Shown piece by piece: positions 9,855 through 18,277 of a stretch of DNA of 64,000 nucleotides; the stretch's first letter is position 1, and each line of letters begins with the position of its first letter. Both the position numbers and the translations under genes were made by a program. Below the pieces are notes generated by a model. The model saw nothing but the letters and a program-made list of their open reading frames with translations. It was not told where the DNA came from and ran no database searches. Location: positions 659 through 64,658 of the forward strand of contig CAZOAR010000007.1 of NCBI GenBank assembly GCA_964577985.1, in the 5' to 3' direction. Source of the stretch: an uncultured Gemmatimonadota bacterium (lineage in GTDB: Bacteria; Gemmatimonadota; CAZMKB01; CAZNLH01).

Positions 9855-10547
9855 ATGAAAAGATCCCTGGGGCTGTTACTTTCGGGCCTGTTTCTGTTCG
9901 TGTCGAGTCAGGCAGAGGCCTACCCTGATTACGCACTGCTGATCCCGAACGCGTCGGTTAACGTGTGCGGAAACTGCCACATCAATCCCGCGGGAGGAGG
10001 AGCCAGGAACGCATTCGGCCTCGACTTCGCCGGAAACAATCACCTGTGGGACGCCACGCTGGCCGCCATCGATTCCGACCTGGACAGCTATGCGAACGGC
10101 CTCGAACTCCAGGACCCGGACGGGCTCTGGGTTTACGGAGATCCTGATCCCGGGGAAATATGTCTGGTCAGCAACCCCGGTGATTCCCTCGACATACCAG
10201 TTCCGGTTGCCGATCTGACGCTCAACTATGACGGTTCTCCGGTGGCACCGGGAACAAATATCGACTTCACCGCCGATCTCGTCGTCGACACCTGCTATTC
10301 GAGTCCCCGGACATTCGATGCCTGGATCGACGCATATCTGCCCGGCGGACAGCCTGTACCCAGCAATCCCGTATTCGGGCCATTGACCCTGACGCTTCCC
10401 CCGGGATTTTCAGTGACGGGTTATCCGATTTCGCTCTATGTTCCACCTCCCGCTCCGGCAGGAACCTACACGATGGTCGGACGAACCGGCGTCTATCCCG
10501 ACACAATCTACAGTGAGAGCTCATTTACGTTCGACGTGACGCCCTGA
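9855..10547 (+). CDS. Secreted monoheme (CxxCH) protein with temptin-like/TSP3-like domain and C-terminal beta domain
   Basis: SD GAGGAGG, signal peptide ending AEA, CGNCH, DSDLDSYANGLELQDPD acidic loop, own promoter and terminator. Confidence 0.8.
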   Translation: MKRSLGLLLSGLFLFVSSQAEAYPDYALLIPNASVNVCGNCHINPAGGGARNAFGLDFAGNNHLWDATLAAIDSDLDSYANGLELQDPDGLWVYGDPDPGEICLVSNPGDSLDIPVPVADLTLNYDGSPVAPGTNIDFTADLVVDTCYSSPRTFDAWIDAYLPGGQPVPSNPVFGPLTLTLPPGFSVTGYPISLYVPPPAPAGTYTMVGRTGVYPDTIYSESSFTFDVTP

Positions 10548-10565
10548 AGAAGCAAACTATACGCA

Positions 10566-10598
10566 GGGGGGCGCGGAATCAACCGTGCCCCCCCTTTT
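10566..10598 (+). terminator. Rho-independent terminator
   Basis: GGGGGGCGCGG-AATCAA-CCGTGCCCCCC followed by TTTTT. Confidence 0.85.
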
Positions 10599-10769
10599 TC
10601 GTGTAGAGCCCCTGGCACTCCCGATTGCAATGCCGGGAATGCTCAATTCCGGGCACTCTGTTCCCCCGAGTGGCGTAGTGAGAGTGACCATCCTCCTTTA
10701 TTACGATGCATCAGACCGGCGACTCGACTCGACTCACCGTCCTGCCCACGAGTCCTGGCATCAAAACGA

Positions 10770-12233
10770 TCAGGGAATTGTGATGTAGTCTTTCAGCGGG
10801 TCATCGACCGCCGGAATGTGGCCGTGGTAGCGACCATAGTAGACATCCTGCTCCCCATTGAAGGTTGCCGCCCACGCGAGATTGAAGCCACGATTGTCGG
10901 AGACCATATCGAAATAGTCGCCCATCTTGTCCTGCTGCGGCCACCCCACGTGTGGATCGAAGGAATCGGAGAGCCTCCTGTTCTGGGACCACGTGTTGCC
11001 CGCATCGAGAGACCAGGAATAATAGAGTTCCGAGCGATACCCGCCCGGATCGTTGCGGGTGTCGAGCCATATCACGTCGATGCGTCCGTTCGGCGCCACC
11101 GACATGGTCCCGAACCACTGCCACGCGGTGGTTCCCGGGTCGTCATTAACGCGCACGGGCGCGCTCCAGGTGACGCCTCCGTCCGTGCTCCTGGAGAACA
11201 TTACATCGAGCGGATCAAAGAAGGAGGAACTGCGCTGGACCGAGCAGAGGAGATAGACATTGCCCCCGTAAGGGCCATTCGACCGGTCTGTCGCGACCCA
11301 TGGCTGCCCGAGGAGGCCGCCCGGGTTGGGTCCCCCCCCGACGAGATCACCATCGAGAAAGACGCTGGCGTTGAGGTCCCACGCCACTGTAGCCGAGGAA
11401 TCCCACGGGCTGTCCGACCTGACCACCGTGAAATCCTGGTAGCTGGCTCCGCAGGCGTAGAGTTCACTCCCGGGTCCGACATCGAGTGTCCCCCAGTAGA
11501 GAATCGACGGGATCGAGTCACAATCCGGGTAGCTGACTCCCATGTCGGTAGAGCGGGTGAAATAACCGGGATAACATATGCTGTACCAGAACGACCAGTA
11601 GGAATAGATGCTGCCGTCGCCGATTCCGCCCGTCTTGTCTATCGTCATCCACTGCTTGTCTCCACCATGCGCGTAGGTGCCCGCGTCCCATGTTGCGCCG
11701 CCATCGGTCGACTTGAAGACATCGCAGTGAAAGTCTCCTCCCTGGACGGTCAAGCTGTTATAGTAGAAGTTGCCATCAGAGTCGCTATCCAGTACGGGAT
11801 CAGAGCGAAAAATACCCGGTTCGATCACCCCGGGGAAAGTCCAGGTCTGACCGCCGTCGGTTGTGTAACCCCATCCGGCCTGTCGAAAGTCGCTCTGAAC
11901 GGTGTCGAACTGCCGCCAGGCGATCGCCATCCTGCGGTGATCGGTCGGATCGACGGCGATCGAGGGCTCATTGGCCGCATCGCCGATGATGTTGTTGCCT
12001 GACCCATCGACATTCACCTGTTTGAAGAAGAAGTCCTGCAACGTAATGCCATATGCGGGTGATGTCGGCTGGCTCGCCGGCTGCACGGGTATATACTCGT
12101 CGCGTGGGACTTCGAGCTGCGGGGGTGTCACCGCGGGATCGTGCGCGTTCGCCTGTGACTCCCACGCCGCTACCGGCATGGACAAAGATATCGATAGAGG
12201 GAAGAAGAGAAAGAGCAGTGCTCTACAAATCAT
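10770..12233 (-). CDS. Secreted BNR/Asp-box beta-propeller protein (sialidase-like fold)
   Basis: Five Asp-box repeats (TTDGGQTW, STDGGATW, STDMGVSY, STDGGVTW, SLDAGNTW); signal peptide; SD GGAGG before MICRALL. Confidence 0.8.
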   Translation of the reverse strand: MICRALLFLFFPLSISLSMPVAAWESQANAHDPAVTPPQLEVPRDEYIPVQPASQPTSPAYGITLQDFFFKQVNVDGSGNNIIGDAANEPSIAVDPTDHRRMAIAWRQFDTVQSDFRQAGWGYTTDGGQTWTFPGVIEPGIFRSDPVLDSDSDGNFYYNSLTVQGGDFHCDVFKSTDGGATWDAGTYAHGGDKQWMTIDKTGGIGDGSIYSYWSFWYSICYPGYFTRSTDMGVSYPDCDSIPSILYWGTLDVGPGSELYACGASYQDFTVVRSDSPWDSSATVAWDLNASVFLDGDLVGGGPNPGGLLGQPWVATDRSNGPYGGNVYLLCSVQRSSSFFDPLDVMFSRSTDGGVTWSAPVRVNDDPGTTAWQWFGTMSVAPNGRIDVIWLDTRNDPGGYRSELYYSWSLDAGNTWSQNRRLSDSFDPHVGWPQQDKMGDYFDMVSDNRGFNLAWAATFNGEQDVYYGRYHGHIPAVDDPLKDYITIP

Positions 12234-12283
12234 GATCAAGACCTCCGAACAGCATTCATCACCAGACAACGTCTATTAAGAAT

Positions 12284-12312
12284 AGGATACCAGAAGTCTC
12301 GTCATCTGTCAA
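12284..12312 (-). promoter_or_regulatory. sigma70 promoter
   Basis: TTGACA-17 nt-TATCCT with TGn extension. Confidence 0.7.
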
Positions 12313-12360
12313 GCAGGGGCGATAGGTCATCTGGCTCGTCTGTTCTATTTCCCCGAACAG

Positions 12361-12394
12361 AAAAACCCCTTTCCCGGATCGGGAAGGGGGTTTT
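12361..12394. terminator. Rho-independent terminator of the heme-porin gene (potentially bidirectional)
   Basis: AAAAACCCCTTTCCCG/GATC/GGGAAGGGGGTTTT. Confidence 0.85.
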
Positions 12395-12423
12395 CCATAC
12401 TCTGATCGCAACGTTTTCAAACC

Positions 12424-13680
12424 TTAGAACATAAACTGCGTCTCGATGTCAACCTTGTGGTTCCTCTCACCGAAACCATCATCCGCGTTCGCGTTGTCGG
12501 ATGCGTCAAGCGCAAAGGAGGCAGTGACTTTGAGGTTCTGCTTAGGGGCGTAGACCAGCGCCGGTGTTACGTAAGTGGTCCTTGCATCACCCTCGACGAC
12601 AGCTCCATCCTTGAAGGTGTCAAATCTCAGGATCCCCATGAATCCCTTCGCCAGTTCAACATCACCTTCCAGGGTGATTCCCTGGTTGTTGCTGGTGCCA
12701 TCACCCACAACTACGTCGCTGTCCCAGACGTACGCACCGAAGAGGTCAATAATTCCTCCCGCACGGAGGTTGGCAGAAACATCGTATACGGTGAATTCAC
12801 CTACCGTAGTGCTGTCGCTGGTTGCTCCATTATTGGCACGATAAGCCAGGAAGGATACGGAACTACCCTTGGCGGGTCCGCTGGGCGCCTCTCCTCTCAG
12901 GACGATGTATGCGTCTTTCGTGTTGTCCGTATCGTGGGAGGCGTGATAGTTTCCACCCATCTTGTCGGCCACACCCACAGCCCAGAAGGCCGGGCCGGTG
13001 TATCCGAAATACTCGATGCCCGTCGTTGTCCTCAGATTGTACGGACTCGTGCCAGTCTTGGAAAACTTTCCGGGGCGGAAGGCTCCGGGGTGCGAACCGG
13101 GCGCGTCGAGGGACCGTTTCTGGTCGGAGAAGGATGTCCACTCTGTCGGCGTAAAGGCACCAACTCTCACGTTGGCCGCGCTATAGCCACCAATATTGGT
13201 CAACCCTATGAAGAAATTATGGAGTTCCGTCTCGCCGTTCGCCGTATTGGTCTCGAACTCAGCCCAGTACGGCATGTTCTCGGCGGCCGTACCGGCGGCA
13301 AAGAATGCTCCGAATATCGTGCTGCCGAAGGTCGAGGGGGTATCGTCCGATTCAGCGTTAACCTGCTGGTCCTCGAAGATACGCACCTTGCCCCTGAAGC
13401 CGACCATATTGCCGAGCTTCTCATCGAGGCTGAGGTCCTTGGCGATCGCCTTCTTCCCGGTCTTCGATCCATCCTGGCCACCGGGAAGCTGGAAACCGTT
13501 TCTCATGAACTTTTCCCCGAAGTAGTTGAGGCGGGGGAAACTGACGCTGTGGCAGGTATTGCATGAGAGCCCGTACTTTCTCGCGAAGCCCGATATAGCC
13601 AGGGCCTCGCTCTGGACCATTATGCAGCCAAACGCAAAGATAACAAGCGTTGCTGCCAACCCCTTGATCATTCTTTTCAT
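12424..13680 (-). CDS. Outer-membrane beta-barrel with N-terminal CxxCH heme motif
   Basis: Signal peptide, FARKYGLSCNTCHSVSFPRLNYFGEKFMRNGF, amphipathic strands, terminal Phe (ETQFMF). Confidence 0.8.
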   Translation of the reverse strand: MKRMIKGLAATLVIFAFGCIMVQSEALAISGFARKYGLSCNTCHSVSFPRLNYFGEKFMRNGFQLPGGQDGSKTGKKAIAKDLSLDEKLGNMVGFRGKVRIFEDQQVNAESDDTPSTFGSTIFGAFFAAGTAAENMPYWAEFETNTANGETELHNFFIGLTNIGGYSAANVRVGAFTPTEWTSFSDQKRSLDAPGSHPGAFRPGKFSKTGTSPYNLRTTTGIEYFGYTGPAFWAVGVADKMGGNYHASHDTDNTKDAYIVLRGEAPSGPAKGSSVSFLAYRANNGATSDSTTVGEFTVYDVSANLRAGGIIDLFGAYVWDSDVVVGDGTSNNQGITLEGDVELAKGFMGILRFDTFKDGAVVEGDARTTYVTPALVYAPKQNLKVTASFALDASDNANADDGFGERNHKVDIETQFMF

Positions 13681-13751
13681 GATTTCCTCCTTTTAATACT
13701 TGTCAAATATGGGTGTGCTCTCTCCACGCGGGCCTCGCGATCTCGACGATT

Positions 13752-13762
13752 CACCTCCTTTC
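13752..13762 (-). promoter_or_regulatory. Orphan Shine-Dalgarno GAAAGGAGGTG in the 5' leader
   Basis: Near-perfect anti-SD complement 82 nt upstream of the ATG with no start codon at usable spacing. Confidence 0.5.
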
Positions 13763-13957
13763 AAACCCGCGGGAATATCGGCCACCCCGATCCAGTAACT
13801 CCCTTTAAAACCTCTCGTCCACAAATCTCCCGTGACGTTTATTCCCTGTAGCTATTATTCACAAGCATATTTCACCCGGTCGAAACAAACCATCCTGCTG
13901 AACCGGCTGATCTGCTCTTTACATTACTGAGTGGAGGGTCGAGGGGTATTCCGCCTC

Positions 13958-14272
13958 CTACTTGCACTCCAGCGAAGAAAAATAGGCCGCCAGGTTCTCG
14001 ACGTCTTTATCGGTCACAGATTCTACCGAGGCTGACATGACGTCATTGTTCCGCGTACCATCCTTATAGCTCTTGATGGCTATAACCAGATAATCCTCCT
14101 GCTGACCGGCCAGGTTGGGTATTTCCGACATCTCGGAGATTCCCTTCTCGCCATGACACGCCATGCACGTAGTGGCCAGTTCCTTGCCCGCCTTCGCATC
14201 ACCGGCCCAAAGAGAACCAGAACCCGCAAAAAGGAAGGCACAGAACAGAGAGATAGAAAGCAGCTTTTTCAT
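13958..14272 (-). CDS. Class I monoheme cytochrome c (c553/c554-like)
   Basis: Signal peptide, CMACHG, PNLAGQ, distal Met region RNNDVM; SD AGGAG before MKKLL. Confidence 0.92.
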   Translation of the reverse strand: MKKLLSISLFCAFLFAGSGSLWAGDAKAGKELATTCMACHGEKGISEMSEIPNLAGQQEDYLVIAIKSYKDGTRNNDVMSASVESVTDKDVENLAAYFSSLECK

Positions 14273-14374
14273 GGTGCAACTCCTGAATATTGTTGTACAA
14301 GCCTGTATGTTCGAGGCTCGTACGTCCACAACGATCGCAATGAATGAAAACCCGGCGCACAGAAATGCTGAATC

Positions 14375-14403
14375 AACCTATTGTTGGTCAGGGCATTTGT
14401 CAA
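14375..14403 (-). promoter_or_regulatory. Putative sigma70 promoter of cytochrome c
   Basis: TTGACA-17 nt-TAGGTT. Confidence 0.55.
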
Positions 14404-14656
14404 GGAAAAAGTCTCTTGCAAACACGTCCGCTGTCGGGAAGACCTTTCAGATGATGACGTGTGCCCCTTGACAGGGGCCTGTAAGGTGCGTTTGGTTCAT
14501 CTGTTGAGGGCAGATTCAAGTGGGGCGGGATGCCCTTGAACCGGTACAAGTTTGAGCTGAAAGAAGTCAAGCGATTCCTGTTTCATCCCTCAAGTCCCCG
14601 AATCACCGGGTGCACTTCTATCATGACGTTCTCTTGTCTCGCCTCACATGTCGCTC

Positions 14657-14685
14657 TTGCATTGACCCGGATATTCTGATAGACT
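14657..14685 (+). promoter_or_regulatory. Putative sigma70 promoter of the GT2 pair
   Basis: TTGCAT-17 nt-TAGACT with TGn extension. Confidence 0.5.
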
Positions 14686-14763
14686 CCTCCCATAACGGAC
14701 TTCTTCCGGCTGACAGCAGTGCAAGGAGTCTGGCCGGGAATAGAGCCGACGGCAAGGAGAACA

Positions 14764-15705
14764 ATGAACGCTCTGGTCAGCATCATAGTGCCCGCCTACA
14801 ACATGGCACGGTTCACGGAAGAGACGGTCGAGAGCCTCCTCGATCAGAGTCATCCTCATCTGGAAATCATAGTAATAGACGATGGGTCTACGGACAATAC
14901 GGGAGAAGTTCTCGAACGCTTCTCCGAACGAATCACGTATGTCTATCAGGAAAACCGGGGTGCGTGCTCGGCCCGCAACCATGGATTCCTACTCTCAAAG
15001 GGAGATTTCGTCGCGTTTCTCGACTGTGACGACACCTATCACCCGGAAAAGGTCGAACGGTTTCTGGAGAAGTTCCGCGCAAGACCCGATGTCGGGATGA
15101 TCTACTCCCCCGAATACCTCATCGACGAGGACAACCGTGTGATCGGGATCAATTCTCCGCGAAGGCCCCCCACGGGACGTGTCTTCCCGCGACTTCTGAA
15201 CAACAACTTCATAGGTTCGTCGACTCCCGTCATCAGGAGAGAAGCGTTTGAGAGGGCCGGCAAGTGGGATGAAGCGATATTCACCACGGCTGACTGGGAG
15301 ATGTGGCTGAGGGTCTCGAGATCCTGCGAGATAGACTTTATCAACGAGCCTCTCTCCTCCAGCCGCCAGGTCAGTCTCTATAATCAGAGAAACGTGGAGA
15401 AGACGGAGAGAGAGGCGTGTTACGTGCTCGAGAAACTCCGGAAGGAGGGTGTCGCTTCTAAAAAGCTTCGCGCTGCGAAGAGCAACGTGGACATTCTCCT
15501 TCACCGGTACGCCTTCGAAAACAAGTGCTATAGAGACTCACTGGGGTATCTCTCGGAAGCGATCGCCGCCAATCCCTTCCAGCTGAAGGCATACGCTCAT
15601 CTTACTCTCTCTGCTTTTTCCCGTCCCCTTTACCGGGCCATCCTCCAGCGAAAACGCCGAGCCGGTTCTACTCGTCACGCGGGGCTCGGAGGAGAAACGC
15701 CATGA
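14764..15705 (+). CDS. Glycosyltransferase family 2
   Basis: VSIIVPAYN, IDDGSTD, ARNHG, FLDCDD, DWEMWLR; SD AAGGAG. Confidence 0.9.
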   Translation: MNALVSIIVPAYNMARFTEETVESLLDQSHPHLEIIVIDDGSTDNTGEVLERFSERITYVYQENRGACSARNHGFLLSKGDFVAFLDCDDTYHPEKVERFLEKFRARPDVGMIYSPEYLIDEDNRVIGINSPRRPPTGRVFPRLLNNNFIGSSTPVIRREAFERAGKWDEAIFTTADWEMWLRVSRSCEIDFINEPLSSSRQVSLYNQRNVEKTEREACYVLEKLRKEGVASKKLRAAKSNVDILLHRYAFENKCYRDSLGYLSEAIAANPFQLKAYAHLTLSAFSRPLYRAILQRKRRAGSTRHAGLGGETP

Positions 15706-16637
15706 AGCCCGCAAGCGTCTACAACGGGCAATATCTGCTCGTGACGCCACTTCGCGACGAGGCTGATCATCTGGAAAATGTCGTTCGGCACGTCGCCGGC
15801 CAGTCCGTCAGGCCGGTAATATGGATACTCATAGACGATCAGAGCCAGGACGGGTCATCGGAGATATGTGCAAGGGCCGCGAGGGAATATCCATGGATCA
15901 GGACCATGACCTTCGAGGGGCCTGTCATCAAGAGACAACTGGGCGTGCATGTCTATCAGGTCCTCAAGTCGGGCTACGAACGTGGCGCTGAACTGTGCCG
16001 CGAGGAAGGGGCCTGTTACAGGTATGTGGCCTTCCTGGACGCCGATATGTTTCCCGCGACTGATTATTTTGAGCGGCTTATGGGAATTCTGGAGGAGAAT
16101 CCCTCGATGGGCGTCGTGAGCGGGGGCGTATATGTGAGAAACGCGGAGGGAGGGCTCGAATGGGAGAAGACCCCCTATCAATGGCCATGGGGGGGAGCAC
16201 GAATATTGAGGCGGGAATGCCTCGAGGAGATCGGAGGTGTAAAGCCGGTCAACTCCGCGGACACCGTAGCGGCTATCAGAGCGATGAAATTCGGGTACGA
16301 AATCCGCCAGTTCAAGGAGATCAGGGTCGTTCAGGCGCGCGCGACCAGCTCCGCGGAGGGGCTTCCCGCCGGCTACTTCCAGAAGGGGATGGACGACCAT
16401 TTCCTCGGCTATTCCCTGCCATACGCGGTGGTCAAAAGTGTTCAGCGTAGCTGCAGCGTAGCTGCTCGGCTCGGCGTTTCTTATCTGGCCGGATACGTAT
16501 CCTCGATGCTCAGTCGCAGACGTCGGATCGATGACCCCATCGTGAGAGAGTTCTGCAGATGGAGGCTCCTGAGGAGAATCACGTCACGGGATCTCCCGCA
16601 AGGCCGCGGCGCCTGGCCCCGTAAGATGAGAACTTAG
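15702..16637 (+). CDS. Glycosyltransferase family 2
   Basis: LVTPLRDE, IDDQSQDGS, FLDADM; ATGA overlap with the upstream GT2. Confidence 0.85.
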   Translation: MKPASVYNGQYLLVTPLRDEADHLENVVRHVAGQSVRPVIWILIDDQSQDGSSEICARAAREYPWIRTMTFEGPVIKRQLGVHVYQVLKSGYERGAELCREEGACYRYVAFLDADMFPATDYFERLMGILEENPSMGVVSGGVYVRNAEGGLEWEKTPYQWPWGGARILRRECLEEIGGVKPVNSADTVAAIRAMKFGYEIRQFKEIRVVQARATSSAEGLPAGYFQKGMDDHFLGYSLPYAVVKSVQRSCSVAARLGVSYLAGYVSSMLSRRRRIDDPIVREFCRWRLLRRITSRDLPQGRGAWPRKMRT

Positions 16638-16705
16638 AACGCCCGAAATCCTTGAGAGGCTGCATTGCTGCGCGCAATCCTATTGTGTTGTCCCACATAT
16701 AACCC

Positions 16706-16948
16706 GACATAGTCGTGGATGGCCCTTCCACATAGCCCAATCCCGGCGGAAGCAATGGCTGAGTCCGGTTGAGGGCTTGAACCCAACTCTTTTCATCCAC
16801 GCACAAGACCATCGCCTTGTCGGGAGTGGTTGAGATAAAGTCCCAGAGAGTCCGAGCAGGCTCTGCTCGATGAAACGCCTGCGCCACAGCCCCACGGTCT
16901 GTCGGGACAAGCCGAGTCGCTCGGCGATCTCTTTATTGCTGACGCCCG
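16706..16948 (-). mobile_element. IS630-family transposase relic (internally deleted and frameshifted)
   Basis: HTH fragment GVSNKEIAERLGLSRQTVGLWRRRF joined to GLYLN..PDKAMVLCVDEKS..QALNRTQPLLP..GLGYVEG..IHDYV over several frames. Confidence 0.85.
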
Positions 16949-17005
16949 GAATATCCCCTTCTCGCGGTTGCAGCAAAGGAAATTATCGTCCGCGTGAGGG
17001 AAGAA

Positions 17006-18277
17006 TCAATCAGCCTGGAAAAAACGTCTGTAGAGCAGGTCGTATCTCATGGCCGCCAGTTTTTCGAGATCGAAGTCCCGCGAGCCAGCAATCGCGTTCG
17101 CCCTGCACGTACTGAAGAAATCCCGGTCGTCCATGAGCCGGGTCAACGCTGCGGTCATCTCCTTTACGTCGGGCTCTATGCAGATTCCCACCCGATAGTG
17201 GTCGATTATCCGCTCCATCTCCATCCCCTTGTTACCTATGACCGGCAGCCCCATCGCCATCCATTCGACGACCTTCAACGGGAAGGCGTATCGCCTGAGA
17301 AGATTGCGGGGAGATATCGCCAGCCCTATGTCACACCGGCTCATGATATCCGGCAGCTCGCCGTATTCAACGCGGCCTAGGAACGTCACATGTTCTGTCA
17401 GGCCAAGCTCGGCGATCAGTGTCTTCAAACCTTCGATATATTCGTCTCGTCCTGTCCCCACGATCTTCAGATCCAGTTGAACACCCTCATCTATCTTTTG
17501 CTTCATCGACCCGAAGATGCATTCGAAGTCCACCCAGCTGCTCGAGAGCGTGCCAACGTACATCAGGTGACGTGGAAGAGCATTTTTCTTCACGTCCACC
17601 ACTCCGAAACGGTTGAAATCGACCCCGTTCGGGACGACATGGACCTCCCTGCCCGTCCGTTCGCGCCAGTAGTCGGCCAGCAGATGTCCGATCGTGATTA
17701 TCAGATCTGCGCGGCGGGCGCACCAGGTGTCCCAGAAGATCTCCCAGCGTCGGCGAAGACTATTCCTCATGTAACCCGGGTTGAAATCGTTGTCGTCGAA
17801 AACCAGATATCTGACCTTTCCGATGCTCCGGAGGAATAGAGCCACTACCCCCTCCCAGAAAGTCTCCACGATACAGAGCTGGAATCCCCCGCGAAGGTGT
17901 CTCAGCGACACGTAGAGAATGGTGGAGATGACGAAAAACTCGCGGATCAGTCCAAAAAGATTGAGGGCAGATTTTATTCGAGGGCGGCTGACTTCGCCTC
18001 CGCCCCCTTCTGAATATCCTGTCGTATAGTTCAGAGGCGGATTGTACTCGACAATGGTAAGGTTCCCCTCCCGGAATATCCGGGTCGGCAGGGGAAGCAC
18101 GTTTCTTATCGTCGTCGCAACGCCTCCAACGGCCGGCTCCGCGCGGCACAGAAGCCATACCTCTTCTACATGCTCCCTCAGTGCCCGGATTGCATGGCCC
18201 GTCCGGTCATTGGGCCTCGCCCGGAAGTCGAGAAGCGTGATCAGCAGGAGTCGCTTTTTCGATTTCTCTCGTCGCAA
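17006..18277 (-). CDS. Glycosyltransferase family 4 (GT-B)
   Basis: VVPNGVD, YVGTL, FPLKVVEWMAMGLPVI. Confidence 0.88.
   Translation of the reverse strand: MRREKSKKRLLLITLLDFRARPNDRTGHAIRALREHVEEVWLLCRAEPAVGGVATTIRNVLPLPTRIFREGNLTIVEYNPPLNYTTGYSEGGGGEVSRPRIKSALNLFGLIREFFVISTILYVSLRHLRGGFQLCIVETFWEGVVALFLRSIGKVRYLVFDDNDFNPGYMRNSLRRRWEIFWDTWCARRADLIITIGHLLADYWRERTGREVHVVPNGVDFNRFGVVDVKKNALPRHLMYVGTLSSSWVDFECIFGSMKQKIDEGVQLDLKIVGTGRDEYIEGLKTLIAELGLTEHVTFLGRVEYGELPDIMSRCDIGLAISPRNLLRRYAFPLKVVEWMAMGLPVIGNKGMEMERIIDHYRVGICIEPDVKEMTAALTRLMDDRDFFSTCRANAIAGSRDFDLEKLAAMRYDLLYRRFFQAD

Noticed and set aside
10600-10770. Imperfect palindromes and AAAGGAGG-ATG on the minus strand
   Set aside because: SD abuts the ATG with no spacer; the stems are weak and match no RNA family I recognise; no C-terminal-domain remnant of the BNR gene found in other frames
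10818-12002. 394-aa plus-strand ORF
   Set aside because: Antisense shadow of the BNR gene
12457-13566. 369-aa plus-strand ORF
   Set aside because: Antisense shadow of the heme porin
14480-14680. Short ORF MPLNRYKFELKEVKRFL...
   Set aside because: Weak SD, no homology recognised, overlaps the predicted promoter
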